Shown in pieces: positions 25,696 to 35,800 of a DNA stretch of 64,000 nt (position 1 is the stretch's first letter; each line of letters begins with the position of its first letter). Where the stretch lies: NCBI GenBank assembly GCA_010909165.1, contig VJWM01000265.1, positions 1-64,000 of the forward strand. The letters are read 5' to 3'. This DNA comes from Anthoceros angustus. Taxonomy: Eukaryota; Plantae; Anthocerotophyta. The position numbers and the translations under genes were made by a program. The notes beneath the pieces were generated by a model. That model ran no database searches and was not told where the DNA came from. It saw only the letters and a program-made list of their open reading frames with translations.

Positions 25696-26420
25696 CCAGG
25701 GCCCTCTCGATGACTTTGGGACGACTTGGCTCACGTCCGCTGGTGGGCAGCGTATCGCTACACATGACGCCGTCCGGGACCTCATGTTCTCTATTGTGAG
25801 AGAAGGCAGGTTCCTGCCATTTAGGGAGCGCCCTTACACCGTGCTCAACGGAGTTTCGCTTAGGGCAGATCTATTTTTGAGCCGGGGGGATCAGGTTTCG
25901 GTTGTTGATGTGGTTGTCACCGATCCTACCTGGGATAGTGTCTGCGAACATGTTATTCTTAACCCTCCAAGTTGGGCGGCGGAGGGATGTGCGATGGCTA
26001 AGGTCCACAAGTACTCTCCTATACAGGACGGCCACGCGTTCGTCCCCCTTGCCATTGAGACTCATGGAGCCATGGACAAGGATTTCTCTAGGTTCGTCAA
26101 GGCCTGCGCTAAGGCTTATCATAGCCGCGAGAATGAGGTTGGCCTCCCCCTTTCTTGTATTGTTGCTTTCTTCCAGCAGAGGGTTTCCATCGCTCTGCAG
26201 AGGGCGTTGGCCAACGCAGTGTACAGAACGACAGCGAGCGCGGAAGATGCAGCTTCTTCGACAACGGTGGTAAGTAGGCCTTTTCACATCCCTGACCACG
26301 AAGTTCTTCGGGCGGTTGGTAGTTTTGAAATGCGTGATTGTGGGGGCTAGTTCCCCTGGCATGGTGCCCTTCGTTGGGTTTTTTCCATCTCTTTTTTATA
26401 ATAAAATCTTCTTCTCCCTT
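25163..26420 (+). mobile_element. 5'-truncated CRE-clade-like non-LTR retrotransposon (post-RT region, CCHC knuckle relic, restriction-like endonuclease)
   Basis: FLPVGFGGTGL...AAFLESWA; RARL...GAGSWLLARP...FSTAMCSRLGL; THDAVRD; RADL...DVVVTDP...AKVHKY...FVPLAIETHG...QQRVSIALQRA (PD-(D/E)xK-type RLE). The 3' UTR ends in TATAATAAAATCTTCTTCTCCC. Confidence 0.85.
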
Positions 26421-27199
26421 CCTAACCTCGTTTCCACACTGAGATTTTGATCTAGAATAATCCAATCGGGCACTAACAAGTGTTACCTCGCGAACAGTGG
26501 TGACGGTACGATGTTTATAACAAGTAGTAACAATGTAGGCCATGAAGTTGGCAGATGGGTTGCATCCCTTCCAAGCACTAATCCATCCCCAAAAAACACA
26601 CGACCGTGGAGTTCCAATGAACTTAGGATGTCACATGGACATCTAGGGATGACAACATTTTTTCTTTTCGTGAAGCTGTAAAAGTCTTTCCCAACTTTTC
26701 TTTGTACCATGTAGCTTTCCATGGTGATTCCATGTTTGTCATAAAAAAAAATATGGGGACTTCACATCTTCTTATCAAATCTTGGGAATAGTAATGTAGT
26801 TTTTCATTTCTTTGACCTTGGCCATGTGCTTTGCTTTAAATGACCTTTGTAATCTAGGTAGTAAGGACCCCAATGACAATGTCAATCACACAACTTTTAT
26901 GACTTCATATTATTTTATTTTGGTTATTTTTTAATTTTCTAAAAAATAACACAATGGGACAAAATTGTTGGGTCTCTCAATATGATTGTAATTTAGCACC
27001 TAGGTAAAACCCAATGCATGAGTTTCCTTTCTAGATTTTATATTTTATAAATATTTAATAATCATGAAAAGTAATTGCAAAAGAAAATAAACGTGGAGAC
27101 TTTATAAATATGCATAGATAGGAAGTCCCATCTACACAAGGGCGATGGTAAACAAGCCTCTAGAGGGCCTCATTCTAAGGGGGACTAGGCCCCGAATGT

Positions 27200-27870
27200 C
27201 TACTTTGGAGCTACCTACCACTCTCAAGATATGAAATAGGGAAGGGACTACTAACCACCGGAGCTGAAGATGCTATGTTCAGCCTATCCAAACAGAAGGG
27301 CTCCTCAGCCACAAACTCCAGGATATTCTGTGGAATGGGGTCACTTGGAGCCGGGTGAATCGCACAAAGAGTAGTGATGGTCTCCTCCGAGGCTAGTGCC
27401 TCCAACTCCGGGTGAAGGGCCCGAGCAACCTTGGCATACTCCCTAGCACGGCCAAGCAAGAGGCACCTCTTGAGACGCGCCTTCGCGAGGTCTTGACGAA
27501 CCAACTTAGCCGACTCCAACCTAGATCTTGCTGCACGCGCCCTCCCTCCTTCTGTAGAGCCTCCCAGTCCTCCGCCCGGAAGCGGCGGAGATGGGAGACT
27601 ACCTCCCTATGGCGAGAGGAACCACCCTTGAGGCGAGGAAGACACCACCGTGGAAGAAAAAGGAACAAAAGCTAGGCCGCCTCATCCTGGGGGTATTGCA
27701 CGAGGCACTCCATGGGAAGTTGATAGGCAGAAAAGCTGGAAAAGGCAAGGTCTTGGGAGACGCATCTCATACAGGGCCAAAAGATGATCAAATTGCGTCC
27801 GCAACCACTACCAAGACTCTCGCGGAGGCTCGAGGAAAATAGTTTGATGCTGGGCCAGTTCAGTTGATAG
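27200..27870 (-). mobile_element. CRE-like non-LTR retrotransposon fragment (region N-terminal to the RT)
   Basis: ARLKRCLLLGRAREYAKVARAL...ASEETITTLCAIHP resembles the pre-RT segment of CRE-type ORFs (recalled pattern). Limits are approximate. Confidence 0.6.
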
Positions 27871-28749
27871 TAGTAGTAGAAGATGCAAGCCTGAGGGCCA
27901 AAGTAGTCTAATCGAAGTTCTTGTGAACCCTGCCGATGTTACATCTTAAGGCTATGGAGAAGCCTACACTAAGGGCAAGGAGTACCCCTGACGGACACGG
28001 AAAAAGAGGGCCCCATAAAGAAATAACCAAAATAAAAAAGGGTAAAATAAAATTAAAAGTATAAAAATATTTAAAATAAATAGGGATGGATGAAACAAAA
28101 GAAAAGAGAGCACATGGTATTATAGGAATTTGAAGATAAAAGGATCTATCATTTGCTTCTTCTTGTATAGATAGATATAAATGATGATAATGCATAGATC
28201 TAAATAGGAATAGGAAAGAATAGATCAAGCTAAGTGATTGTATTCATGATAATTTAATTAAAAGAGATTGAAAACAAAAAAGATTAGAAGTACAAGAAAG
28301 AAATTGAGAAAGGAGGTTTTGTTTTGTTTTTCTAAGAACTAAATTATACAAAGATCCTTTAACCAAGATTAAAATGGGTTGAGTATATAATATGGTGCCA
28401 TATACTACAAACAACTGAGTGAGTGATGTTAAGAAAAATAGATAAACAAAAGTAGAGAAAGATAATTATCTATTTATATAATAAAATAATTAGTAAAAAT
28501 ATTAAAGAGAAAAAGATAAGAAGTAAAAGAAAAAGGTCAAAGAAAGATCATTTTAATAATTTTCATGCTGTAAAATCAGATATAAATTAAGATTCCAAGG
28601 ATTATAAAGGATTGGAAAATTTATTGTATGGTGCTAAAATTAAAAAAAAAACAAAAACAAAAACAACTGGGTCTAATGTCAATGGTAGGCATAATTAATC
28701 TGTCCGTAGTACTAATTAATATTAATCTATCCAGGCACGTCAAAGCCTC

Positions 28750-29076
28750 CTATACAAAGCCTCCTCCATCGAAGCCTCCTATGCCATGGCAGTCTCCACC
28801 ACCATGACCTCCATCTCCATCCCCTGCACCATGACCAAAATCTAAAGCATCGGGAGCATGCAGCCCTCCAAAAGGTCCGGAATGCATTTGAGGACCATGA
28901 TGGTTTGCCCCATGATGTTTTTCATCTATTCCCTGAGCTCCTCCAAATCTTGTTTTACCTCTATCTTTGCCTTGACTTTTAGGCCGGATTGGATTTGAAT
29001 CACCTTTCTTAACTTTGGTGCGTTTTCCACTACGGTTTGAGGCTCCACAATCCATTGATGAGTTTCCACAACCCAT
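28750..29076 (-). CDS. Orphan small Gly/His-rich protein with an MGCxxS N-terminus
   Basis: Single 108-aa ORF MGCGNSS...GHGAGDGDGGHGGGDCHGIGGFDGGGFV, which stands out from very AT-rich flanks. An upstream in-frame start is at 29106. No homology was recognised. Confidence 0.4.
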   Translation of the reverse strand: MGCGNSSMDCGASNRSGKRTKVKKGDSNPIRPKSQGKDRGKTRFGGAQGIDEKHHGANHHGPQMHSGPFGGLHAPDALDFGHGAGDGDGGHGGGDCHGIGGFDGGGFV

Positions 29077-30868
29077 TTTACCATAATTATGAAGACATTT
29101 GTACAAGATGAATTTGAATAGCTATGGAAAAAAGGTTCCTAAATGCCAATTGATAAGAAAAAATAGCACCTATCAAACTACATATATAGACAAATTATTT
29201 GAAAACTAGATATCAACATCTTGAAGTTTATGGTAAAATAATTAAGCGACTTGTACTTCCATCTCATAGTCTTCACTATGAGTCAATTCACGATTCTTCT
29301 TGTGCAACTATATTTTAGTAATACAGTTTGAATCCCATTTTATTTTCATGGGATCCACTTTATTCAATATACATAGAGACAATGACCCCATCTACCATGA
29401 GATCTTGTTTTCACAGATAAAAGAACGAACATTATGCTAATATTTCTAGGAATGATCTAAACCTATAAATGAGCTGTTTGTAAAGAACAATATGAAAACT
29501 TAGAGTGTAAGTTTTCTAGCATGTATCAAAGTTTCAGCAATAATATATCAGATATCTATATGGAATAAAATTAAAACCCTAAAAGATATTTGGAAAACAA
29601 GATTAGCATAACACATTGGATGCTTAGTTTTCAAAAGATAATTTTATTTTGCTTAAAATAATATTTATTTCTCTAACCCTATGTTTTGGTCTCTTTCTAT
29701 CTTGATCTTTTCATGAAGTTATTTCATCCTCTCTAAATTAAACTAGAAAGCTGGTACTTTCATAATTTCTTTATCTTTTAATTTTCTTGTAAATCATATA
29801 CCTACCTATCCATTAGTTTTCTTGTAAAATAAATGAATAAAATACAATATTTTAAAGTAATAAGATGAACTTAGGATTGAGCGAACTAGATACCTATATT
29901 AAAACTTTAGTCCAAAATTCTTTCATTTCAATCCAAAGCCTTATGATAAGTGGTGACATCATTTCACTGTGCTATGTGTCTGGCGGATGGGCAGCAAGTG
30001 GGACTATCTTGTGGCGAGTTTAGTGGTGATGGACAGCTGTGTTGGGATTCAAGGTTGTGAACAGCTCCAATCCTTTTCCAGCACTACAGGGCTGGACCTA
30101 TCGCTTAGAGAGTGACGTTGGTGGGGCAAAGGACGGGAGGGAAGGAGAATAATCCCAAACCTGCTCTTTTGGACCATGTAGGACAAGCCCCTTGGAGGTG
30201 TTGCTGTGCCTGCGAGAAGCCTGTCGTGTTCATGCTGAAAGTGTGCTGACGTTTTTGGAATTCGTTGCCTCATGTATCAGTGTTTCTAGGGCTGTGGCTT
30301 TTGTTGTTTAGCTGTGATGTCTGTGAGTTTATGACTGTAGGAATTGCTTGCCAGGGTGCTGTCTCTGAAGAGTCTAGCGTTGAGTTTGGAGGTGGGGAGG
30401 GTGGTTGCAGATGGGCAGGAAGCATTGTAAAGTTACAACACTCAAAGGGAAGCTCTGCAGGGGATGATCCTCCACGTTGATTGTGATTATGAGAAAGTGA
30501 CAAAGGTGTTCCATCGACGTTAGGGGGCAAACTGTGAACGTTCAACCGCGGCCGACAAGTAGCCGACAGCAACCACAGGTGATGTGACGACAGCAACCTA
30601 CAGCTTCAACAATTGCAGCTTGGTGCCAGACCCAATTCCTGCAAAGGGAGCAACAGGTCCTTTCCCAATCGCACCATTAGGTGCAGTGGCTTGAAAATGT
30701 GATCAAGCACGTACACACAAGGAAGTGTCTCTCTTGGGAATATGCTTAACGTATGATACTCACCTGCACGTACAGGACCGGGCACGATTAGCTGCCACGA
30801 AGGCCACCATGATTGAGACCAGTCAGTGGGCATACGAATAGCGGATCAAGAAACAGAGTAGAAGATGA

Positions 30869-31900
30869 TCATGGCTGCCTCCTGAAAATGAAGAGAGAGC
30901 CCCTGGAACCCCTTCCTAGTCTGAGCGTCTCGTCCAAGTAGGTGACTGCTATTTTCACAGTGCTGTTGCCACCGTACTGGAATTCAGCAGGCCCGAACTT
31001 GAGGTTGGGAGATTCAAACACGATCTGAATCCAGTTTTTATCCTGAACCGTGAGCTTTCCTGCAGCAGGGTGAAAAGCTCGTCAGGCACTTCACACCACA
31101 CACCTTGAAGTCGAGTGGGTAGAGCATACAGACCTCGTAGGCACACCTCGCCTCCAATCAAACCCAGCAAGGCGAACACCACTTTGTTGCCAACAAAGTC
31201 CGGTGCTTTGAGGGTTTGCACCATGGCATCCGTCCGAAGCAAGGCGCGTCCTACAGCGCTGCGGTAGTAACCTCCAGGAGATGTTGGATTTGAGCAATAC
31301 ACGACATCCCATTCTGCACATCCACCCAGTCCAGAATACAATGATACCCGCTTCTGCACCATCCCCACCAGAACGTAGGCAGCCTAGACGCACCTCCGAA
31401 AATACGAGGGTCTGTGAGGGGTTCTGGTCCACAAAACTGCTCCAACTCCTTCGCAATGTCATTGATCCTAGCCTTTTCCTCCTTGCCGAGAGCTGCCCCC
31501 CGATCGGTTCCCTCGACCTGCATAATCATGTCCCAGAACGCACAGGAATGAAAGATGATCTGAGAAATCCTCCACAGTGGCAAACCGTGCCTCAGTCTCT
31601 CCAGCAACCCACCAGGCTCAACAGAGTGCTGACAAGCTCCTCAGGACCTTTCTCAACTTCCAGCACGGCTTCTGTTGCGGATGCTGCGCAAAGCACACTT
31701 CCTTGCATGGAAGAAGCCTTCCGCTGGGGCCGCCTCGAGCCACCATTCCCAGATGCAAGATACCCCGCATTGGAAGCACGGAATGCAGACACCTGCTTCA
31801 TCAACTGCCTCCCGGTTCTTGCAGGTAAAGGAGACCCCAAATTCGAGACGGGGTTGCTCCAGATGCCAGAAGAATGCAGAGCTGCGGCAGCAGCAGCCAT
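30869..31900 (-). CDS. FBN6: Plastid lipid-associated protein / fibrillin, FBN6 (PAP8)-like, 4 exons
   Basis: Exons: 31900-31613, 31517-31394, 31313-31134, 31059-30869. The spliced product has a transit-like N-terminus, then GPEELVSTLLSL, EWDVVYCSNPTSPGGYYRS, WIQIVFESP and TYLDETLRLGRGSRGSLFIFRR, matching the recalled Arabidopsis At5g19940 pattern. Confidence 0.9.
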
Positions 31901-32074
31901 GACTGCGACGCCTGGGTGTCGAGGGAGGACTGGAAGGGAAGCCGAAACCAAGCCTGTGTCCTGTGCGGTCTGTTACAGGTTAAGGTAACCGGGAAGCAGG
32001 CTCTTTCTTTGCGTATAGCGCTGTCATCTTGTGCTTTGAATGATCCTGAGGCCCAGAAACTGCCCTGAATCACG

Positions 32075-32488
32075 ATGCATGTGGCCGCAACGCAAACGCA
32101 TGCATCTTGGGCAGTAGCTCTGCTTCTCCTCCTACTTCTGCTGCAATCCAGCCTGCCCAACATCGCGTCCGTCCTGGTGCTGGATTTGGGAGACCCGGCG
32201 AGGATTGGGGGCAGGGGCGGCAATCGCACGCGGGATCAGGGGCATTTGAAGCTCTATCTGCGCCACCAGTACAAGATTCTTTTCAGCTTCATCGAGCAGC
32301 AGTACTGCGAGGTGGGCGGGAACCGCACGCTGGCGGTGTTCAAGCCGGAGCAATGTGAGGTCCTGTCGTATGTCATGCTCTCTGTGGCGCCCCAGATCAG
32401 GGAGTTCTACTGCAACGATTGCGCAGCGGAGAATGGCAGCGCCTGCTTCCAGCAACATTGCCAGATCTGTGGGTTTTGTAGGATTTAG
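32075..32488 (+). CDS. Orphan putative secreted small protein with a C-terminal Cys cluster
   Basis: 137-aa ORF with a hydrophobic leader (WAVALLLLLLLLQSS), GC3-rich codons and a C-x2-C-x7-C-x4-C-x2-C-x2-C tail. It could instead be 5' sequence of the LRR gene. Confidence 0.45.
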   Translation: MHVAATQTHASWAVALLLLLLLLQSSLPNIASVLVLDLGDPARIGGRGGNRTRDQGHLKLYLRHQYKILFSFIEQQYCEVGGNRTLAVFKPEQCEVLSYVMLSVAPQIREFYCNDCAAENGSACFQQHCQICGFCRI

Positions 32489-32882
32489 GGTGATTTTTGT
32501 GGGCTGTTGCAACTGGCATGGAAGGCAACCCTGCCTTGGCTCCTCCTGGTCCCTTGCTTGATGTGCGGGCACAGAATTGTGGGAAGGCAGGTACTGCTTC
32601 CTTCTCTTCCTTCCCCGTCCATGATTTTTATTGCTTATACCAGATCTTTTCCTGCCTTCTTGTTTCCTCGGTCATATCTTGTTTGTCATATGAAGATGCT
32701 TGGAGATGGTTGAGAGGCATTGCGGATCCGTGTAGCCAATCTAATTTGCTTTTGCAGCAGACTTCAGCTGAGGACTCTGAATCATGATTTGGTTGGATTG
32801 ATGGAAATCTTCGTATTCTCCTTGCTGAGATCCAAACGGAGCCTTGGGGTGTAGGGATCTGACTGATGCACCTGTAATGGCC

Positions 32883-35800
32883 AGATTGGGAGATCACAGA
32901 AGTTTACAGCTATGGAGCAGGATTACGGTCTCTCTTATCCATCGTTGGCCTCTCACAATTCTGTAACCTCAGATTCCTCAGTCTGCATGGCAACCAGCTA
33001 GAGCGAATTGAGGGCCTAGACACGCTGAAAGGCTTGGTAGAGCTCAACTTGTCGTCGAACAACATCTCCAAAATGGAGGGCCTTTCGGAGCTGACCGCCC
33101 TGAAGGTGCTAAATCTGTCCAGCAACCGTCTGACAGAGATTGCGGGTCTTCAAGCACTTGTGGCACTCACCAAGCTGGTCCTGTCCCACAACCGCATTGT
33201 TTTGCTTGGTGGTCTGTCTACCCTGCACGGACCAAGGTATTTCAGTTCCTCATTCCCGGCATTCTCGAAAATGCTTTCTGCTTGATGACGAGGTAAAGGA
33301 TGTCAGGTGAAAGCATGAAGATGTGGTCATCGGCTGTGCTGCTTGTGCTTGTGTGTGCAGATATTCAATTCAGCATTTGGATCTTCGTGACAATCTTGTA
33401 TGCGCATTAGCGGAGCTATGGGTGCTTGCGGGTTGCATGAACCTGCGGGAATTGATTCTGGCCGTAGGGAAGCATCAGAATCCCGTGTGTCAAACAATGG
33501 ACTACATGCGCTCTGTTATCGCCGCCCTGCCCCACCTACAGAATCTCGATGGTCACTTGCTGCCATCCAGACCAATTGCTGAGCCATTCCAGACTGCCTC
33601 CGCCAGCGTATCAGGCATCCCCCACTACCCCCCAGGGGTGTACTATCAGCAACTGCCACCACAAGCAGTGCAAGCCGGTCCGTCTGGTCACTTTCTGCAT
33701 CAACCTCCGCTGGAGCCAGTCACCCAGCTCCATGTGCCATCTTCAGTGCCGAATCCATCTCAAGGAATTGCAATAGCTCCTCAGATGCAGGCTCACTTGA
33801 CATCCAACGGCCATGTACCTCTCAACCTAGTTCAGCTCCCTGAGAATGCCATGGAACAGCCTATCCAGGTCCAGAAGCAGGTATTTCCCACCCAGCCGCC
33901 AACTCAGAGGGGTAGTCTATGGACTCCAGCGAATGTAGCTGTTGAGCAACCACAGCAATTGTTTAAGCGACACCAGCCTCACATCAGCTGGCATGATCAA
34001 GCTTTCTCTCAGCAACAGAGCCAACCAATCTACCATGCTCCACCCCTGCATACTGAGGCCCAGATCAGGCAACCTTCCGCATGCTGGCAAGCCTTGCAAG
34101 CCCAAAGGATGCCCGCCAATGGAAGGGGGATTGTTGGTTGCCAAGATTCAGGGTGGGTGCCTATTCCTTATGTTGATCGTGCTATCAATGGCTTCCATCG
34201 AAGAAAGCAGCATCGGCGAGCTTTCGCTTATGAGAGCAGAGAAGATGAGGAGGCGAGTGCCGCCCACACAGAGAAAGGTGAAGAGCGAATCGGTTTGCTC
34301 GAGTCACGAGTTCTAGACATTGTTGAGCAGCTAGCGAAGGCCAAAATGCAGGGTTCGAGGGATAGCCCACCCAAGCGAGCGCACCATGTGTCTGTTGGCA
34401 CAGACAGCAAAGCAGAAAGGGGGCAATCCAAAAATTGGAAACATGGCAGTAGTGCTCGGCGGAGTAGTGAGGAAACTACTATTTGCAGCGGAAATGATTC
34501 TGCGAAAGGCAAAAGATCCCTTGAGCTTGCAGGCCGGAGCTGTCTTCCTAGAAAGAGATCCTTAGATTCTGTTGGTGACAAGACCGGAAAAACTCTGGTA
34601 TTCATCTTCCCCAGAAGTTTCCATCCGTAATGTTCATAGTGGGGCTGAACAGGCAGGCGAGGTCTGAAGCTTGGGTCCGAAACTAGGGATTTCGTGGTTG
34701 GTTGGTCGACCTTATGTTTCCGTTGTTCAATTTGCAGACGTCTGACGATGAGTGGGGTGATGCAACAATGGACTCAGGTACACAGACCATTTTACAGACT
34801 GGACCGAGCTTAGATCGAATGTGTCAAGAGGTCAGCCTAACTGCAGGCTCACTGTATCCTGCTGTGAGGTGACTGAGCAATGGGGGTCTTCCTGACAGTC
34901 TGGTATGAACGCTTATAAATGCCATTTCGAATGACACGAAGTGGGTGAGAGTGCAGATCCATCAGCTGCAGCTTCATTTAGCAAGCTTGGCTGCACAGCC
35001 TTCTGCCAAGGTTGGAGGACAAGGATGTCCATCGGAGGTGATGGATATGCTGAATGATGGCCGAGTGGCACATCACACGGCCAGGCAGAATCACTCAGAA
35101 GGGCATTTCAACACCATTGAACTCGACAGGGAACGCTGGCATCAGGCTGACATCGCGAAGAATGCAATGATTGCCGAGCTTCAGCAAAGACTGGAGGTTA
35201 TTTTTCTTCTCTCTTGCTCTTGTCTTTTAGTTGGAAGCCAGCAGGATAGGTCAATTAAAGCAGATCGCTGGATGCTACATGGAAGCAGGTGGAAAGCTGG
35301 TCCCAAGTCTTGCAGATTCGCCGTGTAATAGCCATGCTGATGACTGATTTGGGTGCAGGGCAAATGTGCAGAGGTAGACAGACTAAAGGATTCTCTTGCA
35401 CGAATGGAAGTGATTGTAGCTGACAAGCATCAATCAACTGCAACCACGGAAAATACAGAGCTCCTTGCTGCCCGATCAGAGTTACTCTCGTTGAAGCAAG
35501 ACCTGGTCGTAGCGAATCGGCTACATGAGGTAACTTTTGTCGCTTAACTAGCTGTATTGCGAGGAACGTTCTCTTGCTGCGGTCTGACAAGTTTGAGACT
35601 TTCCATCAGAATGGAGAAAGGACTTTGAAGGATTTGGCAGCTGAAGTGGGCTCCTTGAAGGTGTCTGCAGCTGCTAAGGAAAAAGCTTTGGACGAAGAAC
35701 ACGCATTGCTGAAAATTGCTGAGCGAGACCTGGTACATTCATTTCCCTGTTGATTTTCAGTGCAAACTAATGAAAAGAATCTCAACTACTGCTTAGCATT

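Noticed and set aside
30049-30833. Several ORFs 3' of FBN6
   Set aside because: Low-complexity translations with no recognisable motif and no consistent splice model. Probably UTR or intergenic.
31281-31988. 235-aa plus-strand ORF
   Set aside because: Antisense shadow of GC-rich FBN6 exons.
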